A stretch of 64,000 bases of DNA from Bacteroidales bacterium UBA6267. GTDB lineage: Bacteria; Bacteroidota; Bacteroidia; Bacteroidales; UBA1556. The stretch spans positions 14,593 through 78,592 of the forward strand of contig DJVB01000046.1 in the NCBI GenBank assembly GCA_002440745.1, in the 5' to 3' direction. The notes below the pieces were generated by a model, which was given only the letters and a program-made list of their open reading frames with translations, did no database searches and had not been told where the DNA came from. Shown one piece after another: positions 54,962-64,000 of the stretch. Each line of letters begins with the position of its first letter. Positions within the stretch are counted from its first letter, which is position 1. Both the position numbers and the translations under genes were made by a program.

Positions 54962-56809
54962 CTAAATCTGTATTGCCAACTCATAAGCCATCGCAATGGC
55001 ATCCTGGGCTTTACCTACTTTTTGAGCATCACCGACAAAATAAATCTCCTTGCTTTCAAGCGATTCGAAGGGTCTGTACGATTGCATTCCGGCTGCTATG
55101 ATTATATGCTTAGCCTTAATCTCCTTTTCATAATCTTCGCCTTCGATATGTAAATAATCCCCATCAATTCGCGAAACTCGGGTTTTGGTATAAATATGCA
55201 TTCGCTCATTTTTAAAGGTATTCAATGTAAGCTTTTGCTCAATCATTTCCATTCCGCGGGCAATATCTTCAAGTATTTCAATAAGATAAACCTCATTTCC
55301 TCGACTTAACAACTTACTGGCAATTTCGGTCCCAATCAAGCCGCCTCCAATGACTGCTGTAGTGCTATTTTCAGGAAGGTTTTCATCTTGCAATACTTCA
55401 GCCCAATAAAATTTATCAAGTCCGGGAATTGGTGGAATCTTTGGCACTGCGCCCGTAGCTATCACTATTGGGGAATAGTTTGCCAAGATTTGCTCATCGG
55501 CTTGAATATACTTAATATCTATCTGATTATCAATCATTTCTTGTTTGTAGTAATCAATCAGTTTCTTAAGGTTTTCTTTGTGAGGCGGCAACCAAGCCAG
55601 ATTGAACTGACCACCTAAACTCTCTTTCTCGAACAAAGTCACCTTATGTCCGCGCTTTTTCAACGTCAATGCTGCTTCCATTCCTGCCAAACCTCCACCA
55701 ACAATGGCGATATCTTTGGAATCTTGAGCGGGCAGCAAATCGTTAAAACTTTTCCCAACAGTCGGATTCACAAGACATTGCAATCCTTTTCCCGATTTCA
55801 CTCCACCAAGACAACCTTCGGCACAAGCCAAACAAGGCTTATAATTTCCTTCCACTTCTTGGAGCAATTTTCCCACAAAATCAGGATCTGCGACAAGGGC
55901 TCTCCCAATGGCAAACATTTTTGCATCGTAGTTTTGCCTTAAAAAACTAATATCAGCGCGAGTATTTATTTGCCCGACAAAAATCACCGGCAGTCCAACT
56001 TCCCTTTGAATTCTATGACCAAACTCCCATGTTTTGCCCTTAGGCACAAACATGTGCTGAAAATACCACGGCGGCGTATTACATGCAGTTCCGGCTGACA
56101 CGTGCAAGGCTTCTACTCCTTTGGTTTTTAACATCTTACCTAATTCAATCATCTCATCCGTATGAATGCCATCAGGTATCATTTCGTCACCACTCAACCT
56201 GACTATCAACGGAATAGAAACAGCATTTTTCACAGCCTCCAACACTTCCAAACCAAAGCGGATTCTATTCTCAAAAGCTCCTCCATATTGATCTGCACGG
56301 TTATTAATTTTCTCGCTGATAAACTGTGAAATTAAGTAGCCATGCCCAAATTGCAATTCGATGATATCGAAACCGGAATCTTGGGCTCGAATTGCTGCCT
56401 GACGAAACAGGTCGATGGCCTGTTGAATGTCGTCTAAGTTCATTGCTTTAGGGGTAGCACCTCCGGCTTCGCAAGCTTGAGCAGAAGACGAAAGGAAAAT
56501 ATTTCCCGGAATCATCGGGTTGGCCATCCTCCCAGGATGATTGAGATGTGCAATAGCTTTAGCTCCGCCCTGATGAATAGTGGAGGTAAGTTGCTGCAAA
56601 CCAATAAGCTGTTCTGCACTGTCGATCCCCATCTGAGTAGGCAATTCGCGAAGACTGTGATGCAAATAAAAAGGCTCCGGCGTGATTGCTCCAACATATT
56701 TTGCTCTTTCAGCATAAAATTTAAGGTGTTTCTCGGTAACTCGCCCTGTCCCGTCGCTATAGCCGGTTTTTACAGGAGCCATTATAAAATCGTTTCTTAA
56801 GCCTAACAT
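54962..56809 (-). CDS. Old-Yellow-Enzyme-family NADH:flavin oxidoreductase fused to an FAD/NAD(P)-binding domain (2,4-dienoyl-CoA reductase-like)
   Basis: 615 aa. OYE TIM-barrel motifs ('HLNHPGR', 'GFDIIELQFGHGYLISQF', 'RLSGDE'), 4Fe-4S motif 'CLACAEGC', then two Rossmann GxGxxG motifs ('IAIVGGGLAGME', 'AVIGGGLIGTE'). Confidence 0.85.
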   Translation of the reverse strand: MLGLRNDFIMAPVKTGYSDGTGRVTEKHLKFYAERAKYVGAITPEPFYLHHSLRELPTQMGIDSAEQLIGLQQLTSTIHQGGAKAIAHLNHPGRMANPMIPGNIFLSSSAQACEAGGATPKAMNLDDIQQAIDLFRQAAIRAQDSGFDIIELQFGHGYLISQFISEKINNRADQYGGAFENRIRFGLEVLEAVKNAVSIPLIVRLSGDEMIPDGIHTDEMIELGKMLKTKGVEALHVSAGTACNTPPWYFQHMFVPKGKTWEFGHRIQREVGLPVIFVGQINTRADISFLRQNYDAKMFAIGRALVADPDFVGKLLQEVEGNYKPCLACAEGCLGGVKSGKGLQCLVNPTVGKSFNDLLPAQDSKDIAIVGGGLAGMEAALTLKKRGHKVTLFEKESLGGQFNLAWLPPHKENLKKLIDYYKQEMIDNQIDIKYIQADEQILANYSPIVIATGAVPKIPPIPGLDKFYWAEVLQDENLPENSTTAVIGGGLIGTEIASKLLSRGNEVYLIEILEDIARGMEMIEQKLTLNTFKNERMHIYTKTRVSRIDGDYLHIEGEDYEKEIKAKHIIIAAGMQSYRPFESLESKEIYFVGDAQKVGKAQDAIAMAYELAIQI

Positions 56810-57173
56810 GATTTGATATATTTAATTTTGATTATTCGAATTGCTTGTATCCGTTGAATTTGTGTTGTTTAGTAGCGCTAAATGATTTCAATTCCAAATA
56901 GCGTGGCAAATATAATCTAAAAATGTAAATATGTAGCTATTTAGAACTTATTTAGAAAAAACAAAATCGAGTTTAAAGTTGGTATCAAAAAAATTGGATA
57001 GTAAAATAAAAAACAGGTAAAACACCTATCAGAAAATGTATAAACTACTTGATTTCAATGATTTTTCAGGATTACATTTGCAAATGAAGTTTTTGTTAAA
57101 ATTGTTAAAATTACATTTTCAGCAGTAAACTTTTGATTGAATAAAGGTCTTAGAATTTTAAAATTGATGGAGA

Positions 57174-57260
57174 ATGAAAAGTTTGTCAATACAATTTAAG
57201 TACTACATAAGTTTGTTACTTGCATTTATGGTTCTTTTGGGTATTATACTAATGCTCTAA
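57174..57260 (+). CDS. speculative 28-aa hydrophobic mini-protein
   Basis: ATG at 57174 gives MKSLSIQFKYYISLLLAFMVLLGIILML, then a stop. Followed 30 nt later by a terminator hairpin. No homology evidence is possible by eye. Confidence 0.15.
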   Translation: MKSLSIQFKYYISLLLAFMVLLGIILML

Positions 57261-57289
57261 AGAATGGTGTTATTCCAAATTTTTATTTA

Positions 57290-57317
57290 AATCCGGCTAC
57301 GGCCGGATTTTTTTATG
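57290..57317 (+). terminator. rho-independent terminator
   Basis: 'aatccggc tac ggccggatt' GC-rich hairpin followed by a T7 run, in the intergenic region upstream of the 57397 gene. Confidence 0.65.
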
Positions 57318-57359
57318 AAAAAAAACGAATATTGTTTAAAAAACGAGTCCATTTCCTAA

Positions 57360-57367
57360 TACATTTG
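57360..57367 (+). promoter_or_regulatory. Bacteroidota -7 promoter box (TACATTTG)
   Basis: 'tacatttg' lies 30 nt upstream of the ATG at 57397. Confidence 0.45.
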
Positions 57368-57396
57368 CGGCGCAGAAAACACTAAAACTGCTTAAG

Positions 57397-58101
57397 ATGT
57401 TATCCGATACTTTAACAAATCCGCGAGATTTCATTTTAGATTCCGGGCCTCTTTATCACGAGTTTCATTTCGACTCATGGATTAAAGAACCCTGGAATGC
57501 TTATTCCTCCTTGTTTTTCCTTATACCAGTTCTTTTTTGGCTTTGGAAATTGCGTGGTCAATATCGCAAGTATTCAATGATTACAATATTATTACCCCTA
57601 CTGTTTTTAAACGCTTTAGGATCTACTATTTATCATGCTTTTAGAGCTTCCGATTTAGCGTTGATGCTCGATTGGATGCCGGCAATGGTTATGAACCTCA
57701 TTCTCTGTTGGTATTTCTGGAACAAACTCATTAAGAAACCTCTGATTTCCGGAGTCATAGTACTCACATTTTTTATGCTTTCCGGCTTCATAATGTCGTA
57801 TTTCGGCGCAACACTTGGCGATCGAGCCATAAACTTAAGCTATTTGCTGATTGGTATCGGCTTTATAATTCCAATGATGACTTTTCTAATAAACACTCGT
57901 TTTTATAAATGGCATCTCTTGGCAATGACCTTCCTTTTTCTCGGTATAGCATTATTATTCAGAATCTTAGACTACCCAACTCCAAATCCATTTCCGGAAT
58001 TATTACCACAAGGAACCCACTTTTTATGGCATATAGTGAGTGCTCTTGCCGTTTTCAGCTTGGGTTTTTACTTTAAAGCTATTCGCGACAAAAACCTTTA
58101 A
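57397..58101 (+). CDS. 7-TM ceramidase-like (CREST-superfamily) membrane hydrolase
   Basis: 234 aa, about 7 TM helices. 'EPWNAYSSLFF', 'YHAFRAS' and 'HFLWHIVSA' resemble the conserved Asn/Ser, His and HxxWH positions of alkaline ceramidase-type proteins. Confidence 0.4.
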   Translation: MLSDTLTNPRDFILDSGPLYHEFHFDSWIKEPWNAYSSLFFLIPVLFWLWKLRGQYRKYSMITILLPLLFLNALGSTIYHAFRASDLALMLDWMPAMVMNLILCWYFWNKLIKKPLISGVIVLTFFMLSGFIMSYFGATLGDRAINLSYLLIGIGFIIPMMTFLINTRFYKWHLLAMTFLFLGIALLFRILDYPTPNPFPELLPQGTHFLWHIVSALAVFSLGFYFKAIRDKNL

Positions 58102-58161
58102 GAAGGCTTTTGAATCCCCAATTATTCCCAAATAGAGAAAAGTAAACGAAGAAGTATTGGC

Positions 58162-59499
58162 TTAAATGCCGGCGCGTCTTTTCAACTCAGCATCTTCAAA
58201 ACCGGGTTTGCCGAGCAGACTAAACATATTCCGCTTATAAGCTTCCACGCCGGGCTGATCGAATGGATTCACGCCCAAAATCAATCCACTGTAAGCGCAA
58301 GCCAATTCGAAGAAATAAATCAGTTGACCAAGATAAAACTCATTCAACTGAGGGATGTGAATATTGAGCACCGGAACACCGCCATCGTTATGAGCCAAAA
58401 TAGTTCCCTTTTCTGCCATAAAATTCACAAATTCAATGTTTTTGCCTGCCAAATAATTCAAGCCATCAAGGTCTTCGTCCATAGCCGGAATAGTGAGGTT
58501 TCTATTGGGTTGAGCGATTGAAACAACGGTTTCAAAAATATGTCGGCGGCCATCCTGAATATATTGCCCCATGGAGTGCAAATCGGTGGTAAAATTAACC
58601 GAAGCAGGAAAAATTCCTTTACCGTCCTTACCTTCGCTTTCGCCGTAAAGCTGCTTCCACCATTCGCTGAAATACTGCATTTTAGGCATGAAGCTAACCA
58701 AAATTTCAGTAAGGAATCCCTTGGAGTGCAATATGTTGCGAGCCGCAGCATAACGAGCAGCAGGATTTATCAAAACGGAGCTTGACTCGTTGGTAATATT
58801 ATAAATGCGTTTTGCTCCCTCAACGAGTTTCATAATGTCGAAACCGGCGACAGCTATGGGAAGAAGTCCAACAGGAGTGAGCACCGAAAAGCGTCCTCCA
58901 ACATCGTCAGGCACCACATAAGTTTTGTAGCCCTCTTCCGTGGCCAATTTTTTCAAAGCACCCTTCGATTGATCCGTTACGGCGACAATACGCTTTGCTG
59001 CCTCTGCTTTCCCAACTTGAGATTCAAGCAGATTCTTAAGAAGTCGGAAGGCGACTGCCGGCTCAGTGGTCGTCCCTGATTTACTAATCACAGTCATCGA
59101 AAACCGTTTGTCCTTAAGAAACTCCATAAGTTCAGCCAAATAATCTTCGCTCAGATTATGACCGGCATAAAGAATTTTTGGACCGGTAGGATTGTATTGA
59201 TCAAAAGGATTGCTAAGAGCTTCAATCACAGCACGTGCACCAAGATAGGAGCCTCCAATGCCAATCACCACAAAATAGTCGCATTGAGATTTAATCAACG
59301 ATGCTGTTTTTTGAATATCTTTAAGGAGTTCGGCAGAAATCTCAGCGGGCAAACTCAACCAACCTAAAAAATCACTTCCGGGAGTCTGATGATTTTTCAA
59401 AGAAGCCTGAATTTGATATAGTTGCTGCTGATACGCGTTTAGTTCGTCAGTGGTCAGAAATTGTTCTGCGTAGTTTATTTTAACGTTTATATTTTCCAT
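58162..59499 (-). CDS. pgi: glucose-6-phosphate isomerase
   Basis: 445 aa. '[12 protein letters not shown]', 'ISKSGTTTE' and 'DQPGVEAYK' are PGI signatures. The short form is typical of Bacteroidota and Firmicutes. Confidence 0.95.
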   Translation of the reverse strand: MENINVKINYAEQFLTTDELNAYQQQLYQIQASLKNHQTPGSDFLGWLSLPAEISAELLKDIQKTASLIKSQCDYFVVIGIGGSYLGARAVIEALSNPFDQYNPTGPKILYAGHNLSEDYLAELMEFLKDKRFSMTVISKSGTTTEPAVAFRLLKNLLESQVGKAEAAKRIVAVTDQSKGALKKLATEEGYKTYVVPDDVGGRFSVLTPVGLLPIAVAGFDIMKLVEGAKRIYNITNESSSVLINPAARYAAARNILHSKGFLTEILVSFMPKMQYFSEWWKQLYGESEGKDGKGIFPASVNFTTDLHSMGQYIQDGRRHIFETVVSIAQPNRNLTIPAMDEDLDGLNYLAGKNIEFVNFMAEKGTILAHNDGGVPVLNIHIPQLNEFYLGQLIYFFELACAYSGLILGVNPFDQPGVEAYKRNMFSLLGKPGFEDAELKRRAGI

Positions 59500-59723
59500 G
59501 TTTTGAGCTTTAAAATTCGTGGGTAAATGTAGAAAAAATGTTATTTACCGAAAAAGGAAAAAACTTAGTTTTTTAAATGAAATTCTCCGTAAAAACAGTT
59601 TCCAAACCAAACGAAATCATCACAAAAATGAAGTCCTAATTCATTTTTTGCAGAAAAACGAAATTCATATAGGAAAAATACCTGTTTTTAGCTTGAAAAG
59701 TTCGCAAGTAAAGAAAATCATAG

Positions 59724-59731
59724 TACATTTG
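59724..59731 (+). promoter_or_regulatory. Bacteroidota -7 promoter box (TACATTTG)
   Basis: 'tacatttg' lies 74 nt upstream of the ATG at 59805. Confidence 0.35.
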
Positions 59732-59804
59732 CTGCAATTGTTTTCAGGATAACAAACCCAAAACAAGTCTTTTTGCAAATTAGAACGACTAAAACCTATT
59801 TGAT

Positions 59805-62800
59805 ATGAAAAACTTTTACTTAACTCTGGGACTGATATTGTTTATATTTCTCTCCCAAAATACCTATTCTCAAACAGTTACGTTAGGAACAGGAAATATA
59901 ATAAATGGTAGCACAGATTACCCAACACCCTATGGAAATTATTATTGGGGTAGTAAAGAGCAGTATTTAATCAAAGCAAATGAGCTATATGGGCAAGGGA
60001 TTTATGGAGGTTCATTATTTGAGCTAGGTTTCAATGTTGCAACGGTGGCCAACGTTGACTTGCAAGGTTTTACGATAAAAATCGGGCATTACAATGATAC
60101 GACCCTACACAGTATTTTTATGTCCAACCTTACTACGGTTTATTCTGTTGGAAGTTATAAAGAAATTTCCGGTTGGAATATGCACACTTTCCAATCGCCA
60201 TTTTATTGGAATGGAACGGATAATTTAATCGTAGAAGTTTGTTTTAATAATACCAGCTTTACACAAAACGCGCAGGTTTATCAAACTCAGTTTTCCAATA
60301 CTATGACTCTAAGTTATAATACTGATGCCTCCGGTGTATGCTCAAGTCAACCTACATACTTAACGCCTTATACTACCCGACCAAACATGAAATTGTCGTT
60401 TATTCCTCCGGCAACAAATAATTTGGCTATGTTGCAATTAGTTAATCCAACTCCTTTTGTAGCTAATTCGCCAAATAGCAATCAGCCGGTGACTGTGATG
60501 ATAAAAAACCGAGGCACACAAACCCAAACCAATTTCAATATTGGTTATTGGATTGACAATCAAACACCTGTCATAGAAAATTACTCAGGTTCCATCGCGC
60601 CAAACGATACCCTGATTTATTCTTTCGTTCAGAAATTTAATATGACCAATGGGTTCTACGACATAAAGACTTTTGTAAAGAACGACAGCGATAGCTTTAT
60701 TGGTGATGATACTTTAGCTACCTATTTTGCTGCTTGCAATCCACTGACCGGCAATTTCACTATCAATAATAATGGTCAAGCTGATTTCAACTCCATTTCC
60801 CAAGCCGTTGGTGCTTTGAACACATGTGGAATCGCAGGTCCGGTAACATTTAGCATTGCTTCAGGCACTTATGACGAGAAGATATATATTGGTCCAATTC
60901 CGGGAGCCTCTGCAACTAATACTATCGTATTTTCCTCAGCTTCAGGAATTAAGAATGATGTGGTAATAACTAACGGAAATAATTCGATGGATAACGATTA
61001 CACCATCCAACTTAATGCTGCTTCATACATTACATTCAAAAATCTCACAATCCAATCCACAAGTACTTCTTTTAATTCTGTTGTGAAATTGTATAATGGA
61101 TCCAATGATAACTTGTTCTACAATAATAATATTTTAACCGGTTCTACCAGTGGAAGTTCAAAGGTTATAGATATTATGGAATCGGAAAGGAATACCATTC
61201 GGAAGAATACCATTCAGGGAGGAAACATGGGTATTAATATATTCACTAATGGTCAATACACTAATATTGAGGATAATACAATCGATAGCAATAGTATAAC
61301 CTCATTCGCTTATGCAGGTATTTATGCTATGTATCAGAGGAGATTAACTGTTGTTGCCAATGATATTAACTCCACATCTGATCAAGGTGACGTTATGGGT
61401 ATCAATATCTACTATTGCTATGATAACACCAAACTGATTGGAAATAGAGTTTATATGAAATCGAAATATACCGTCTATGGTGTTAGATTCGAATATGAAA
61501 ACCAAGGATCTGCTTATGATACTTCATTTCATTGGTCGATGGTAGCGAACAATATGGTTACCATTGAAACTGAAAGTAACAGCGTGCAAGCTATGCGAAT
61601 TTATTATTCCGAGAAATTAAAAGTGTATCATAATAGCATTCATGTTGCCGGAGATAATAATAACTCGACAGCTTTTGAGGTTTATGGGGCAACTCAAGGT
61701 GATGGCATTCATGTTTTAAATAATATTTTCTCCAATCAAGCTTATGGTAAGGCTGCTTACTATGGCAATGCTTCTATTATACCTGTTTGTGACTATAACA
61801 ACTATTACTCTAAGTCAAGTGATTTACTTAATATTCAGAGTTCGTTAGGCGGTTTGTCAACAATGATGTCTTTTGGTCGAGATTCCAACTCAGTTTCCAT
61901 AAATCCGGGCTTTATTGCAGATGATAATTTGCATTCCACAAGTTTGGCCATGGCTGACAAAGGCACTCCGCTAACAGAAATCACCCAAGACATAGATGGA
62001 CAACTGCGCAGCAGCCAAACTCCTGATATTGGAGCCGACGAATATACTCCCCCAATGAATAATCTGACTTTGATTAATTTATATAATCAAAATCCTGCTA
62101 TTTCGGAACAAGCCTGTAATCTTTCAACGGCTGAAGTGCTTGTTGCCGAGATAATAAATAATGGTTCGGCAACTCAGACTTCATTTCCAATAAGTTACAA
62201 ATTTAACAATAATAATATCGTCACTGAAAACTGGTCCGGAACTTTGGTTTCAGGCGATACTCTTCAATACGTATTCACTACTGCCATTGACTTCTCGCAG
62301 GCAGGCTGGCAAAAGCTTTCCGTTTTTACAGGTTTAGCTTCCGACCAAAACAAAAATGATGATACGTTGAGTTTTGGTTTTAATACCTATAAGAGCATTA
62401 CAACCATTCCTTTCTACGATGATTTTGAAAGCAGAACAAATCTCTATTACCATTTTAGTGAAGTTTCACAAGCTGATGCAACCATAGATACCATTCATGG
62501 ATATAATTCTGAATCAGCAATTTATATGATTGGAAGAGATTATTACACCTCATGGAATTATACCGGTGATAATATTTTGGCGAACATCTCCCAAAACAAA
62601 GAACACCTTGTAAAAGCCACCTTATGTCCGATGGATTTGAGTAGCTATACCAACCTGAGGATGTCGATGAAATTATACCAAAGCCAATCAACAGGATATT
62701 CTAACTTCTTTTACGTAACGGTTAACGATTCACTTTTTGTCAAATCGCTTGCCGGCGACAGCGTATGGACTAATTCGGATGGGCTTATCACCTTAGATTT

Positions 62801-64000
62801 ATCGCCATTTACTGATGCAGATGTAGTGTTCAGTTTATGCGGTATTTTACGAACCGATCAGAGCTATTATGGAGAGATTGACGATATCACAATTGATGAC
62901 TTAAGAATTTATGAACCTAAACCTTACGATGTTGGAGTATTTGATGTTCATTCTTCAGCTAATAATCGTTGTGGATCCGTTACTGATTCTCTTATAGTTT
63001 CCATTAAAAACTATGGCTTAAATCCAATGCATTCTATACCGGTTGTGGTTAGTCTCGACTGGGGATCAAACACTTACAATTATTCTGCAACACTAACCGA
63101 CACCATTGACCCGGAAGAATATGCAAATCTATATATGGGAACATTCAATAGTACAGATAACGCACAGATAAATTTAGTGGCCTACACTGCTGTTGCAACT
63201 GATCAGGACAAAACCAATGATACCCTAATTGCCATAGGATATAACGAAGTTTATAAACCTATTCCATTTGTGGAAAATTTCGAAAGCGATGACATCGACT
63301 GGGAAATGTATGACTTCTATGTGCAGGACTTTTCATATATAGGCCAGCAAGGTAAAGGAATAGTGCTTGAAGTTTATGGTGGTGGATATAATATGGCTTC
63401 AAATGAAAACAGTTTTGAGATGCCTGATGAAGGTAATAATAGCACTGCAAATGCTATACATCAAAATTTAATTGGCGTGATTGATTCGAATTCATTTTTG
63501 GTTTACGATTACAATATGTTCCAAAGAACTAATTATGAAGATTCCATAATGTTTTTTATCGATGCTTCCTGCGGAAACGACAACTGGCAAGTAGTTGAAG
63601 TTCTTAATAACCTTAAATATGCACCAATCAACAGTTGGCAAAAACAGCATGTTTCTTTAGCTCAATATGCCGGAGAAAAAGTTCAGATTGCTTTAGTTAA
63701 ATTCCCTAATTCAACAAATCAGAGCGCTTATGTTATTGGTTTCGATAATATTGGAATTGTTAATGCTACAGATTTCTCACTTGGAAACGACACAACTTTA
63801 TGCTTCGGAACGAATTATACAATCCAAACAGGGCTAAGCTCGGCCAACGGTTTCAAATTCAAGTGGACAGGTCCGGGTACTACTTTAATGGATACATTGT
63901 CCTCACTTACTGTCTCCTCAGCCGGAACTTATACAGCTGAAGTCACCGACTCGGTAGGTTTAACTATATTTAAATCAGTCAACATTGGCTATCATCCACA
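59805..64000 (+). CDS. giant secreted surface protein (parallel beta-helix repeats, CARDB-like and MAM/choice-of-anchor-J-like modules); probable T9SS cargo; 3' end outside the window
   Basis: Not in the ORF track because no stop is reached. I translated 59805-64000 by hand and found no stop (about 1398 codons). Signal peptide MKNFYLTLGLILFIFLSQNTYSQ. Beta-helix-like 'N.I..N.I' repeats around 60900-61800. Three CARDB-like segments ('VTVMIKNRGTQTQTNF', 'AEIINNGSATQTSF', 'LIVSIKNYGLNPMHSI'). 'IPFYDDFES' and 'IPFVENFESDD' motifs. Confidence 0.8.
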   Translation, partial: MKNFYLTLGLILFIFLSQNTYSQTVTLGTGNIINGSTDYPTPYGNYYWGSKEQYLIKANELYGQGIYGGSLFELGFNVATVANVDLQGFTIKIGHYNDTTLHSIFMSNLTTVYSVGSYKEISGWNMHTFQSPFYWNGTDNLIVEVCFNNTSFTQNAQVYQTQFSNTMTLSYNTDASGVCSSQPTYLTPYTTRPNMKLSFIPPATNNLAMLQLVNPTPFVANSPNSNQPVTVMIKNRGTQTQTNFNIGYWIDNQTPVIENYSGSIAPNDTLIYSFVQKFNMTNGFYDIKTFVKNDSDSFIGDDTLATYFAACNPLTGNFTINNNGQADFNSISQAVGALNTCGIAGPVTFSIASGTYDEKIYIGPIPGASATNTIVFSSASGIKNDVVITNGNNSMDNDYTIQLNAASYITFKNLTIQSTSTSFNSVVKLYNGSNDNLFYNNNILTGSTSGSSKVIDIMESERNTIRKNTIQGGNMGINIFTNGQYTNIEDNTIDSNSITSFAYAGIYAMYQRRLTVVANDINSTSDQGDVMGINIYYCYDNTKLIGNRVYMKSKYTVYGVRFEYENQGSAYDTSFHWSMVANNMVTIETESNSVQAMRIYYSEKLKVYHNSIHVAGDNNNSTAFEVYGATQGDGIHVLNNIFSNQAYGKAAYYGNASIIPVCDYNNYYSKSSDLLNIQSSLGGLSTMMSFGRDSNSVSINPGFIADDNLHSTSLAMADKGTPLTEITQDIDGQLRSSQTPDIGADEYTPPMNNLTLINLYNQNPAISEQACNLSTAEVLVAEIINNGSATQTSFPISYKFNNNNIVTENWSGTLVSGDTLQYVFTTAIDFSQAGWQKLSVFTGLASDQNKNDDTLSFGFNTYKSITTIPFYDDFESRTNLYYHFSEVSQADATIDTIHGYNSESAIYMIGRDYYTSWNYTGDNILANISQNKEHLVKATLCPMDLSSYTNLRMSMKLYQSQSTGYSNFFYVTVNDSLFVKSLAGDSVWTNSDGLITLDLSPFTDADVVFSLCGILRTDQSYYGEIDDITIDDLRIYEPKPYDVGVFDVHSSANNRCGSVTDSLIVSIKNYGLNPMHSIPVVVSLDWGSNTYNYSATLTDTIDPEEYANLYMGTFNSTDNAQINLVAYTAVATDQDKTNDTLIAIGYNEVYKPIPFVENFESDDIDWEMYDFYVQDFSYIGQQGKGIVLEVYGGGYNMASNENSFEMPDEGNNSTANAIHQNLIGVIDSNSFLVYDYNMFQRTNYEDSIMFFIDASCGNDNWQVVEVLNNLKYAPINSWQKQHVSLAQYAGEKVQIALVKFPNSTNQSAYVIGFDNIGIVNATDFSLGNDTTLCFGTNYTIQTGLSSANGFKFKWTGPGTTLMDTLSSLTVSSAGTYTAEVTDSVGLTIFKSVNIGYHP

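Noticed and set aside
59519-59752. 77-aa Lys-rich plus-strand ORF upstream of the giant surface protein gene
   Set aside because: It starts with GTG in A-rich intergenic DNA, has low-complexity basic composition, and contains the probable promoter of the downstream gene.
62455-63450. Minus-strand ORFs 62455..62691 and 63259..63450
   Set aside because: They lie inside the continuous plus-strand open frame of about 1398 codons for the giant surface protein.

Overview
This looks like a chromosomal segment of a Bacteroidota genome. The evidence is the T9SS translocon gene sprA, many lipoprotein or T9SS-type secreted proteins, TAnnTTTG -7 promoter boxes about 20-30 nt upstream of many starts, and AT-rich DNA. 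Most of the window is dense, ordinary core genome: ruvA-sprA, tig, tRNA-Leu, pth, mutY, a DAACS symporter, an ECF sigma/anti-sigma pair, comEC, mtgA, an envC-like/DUF4292/TPR cluster, dut, thioredoxin, a TonB-dependent-type receptor, two tandem OmpA/TolB-like paralogs, valS, ppk2, an OYE-type reductase and pgi. It also includes the 5' 4.2 kb of a giant beta-helix surface protein. Small accessory insertions sit between these genes. They are (i) a ParE-type toxin-antitoxin cassette bracketed by two strictly phased heptanucleotide arrays, (ii) a tripartite hipB-hipS-hipT-like kinase module with 40-bp-phased operator-like boxes, (iii) a perfectly phased 30-unit octanucleotide array, and (iv) a very AT-rich orphan gene for a HEPN-motif protein with a C-terminal wHTH-like segment. 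A roughly 330-bp multiply nested palindrome lies directly upstream of that orphan gene. Item (iv) with its palindrome is my best candidate for an undescribed defence or toxin system. The short-period arrays are the most unusual non-coding signal. The anti-sigma gene carries an in-frame TAG just before its transmembrane helix, plus a 216-bp tandem duplication. All functional calls come from reading motifs by eye, and no database search was possible.
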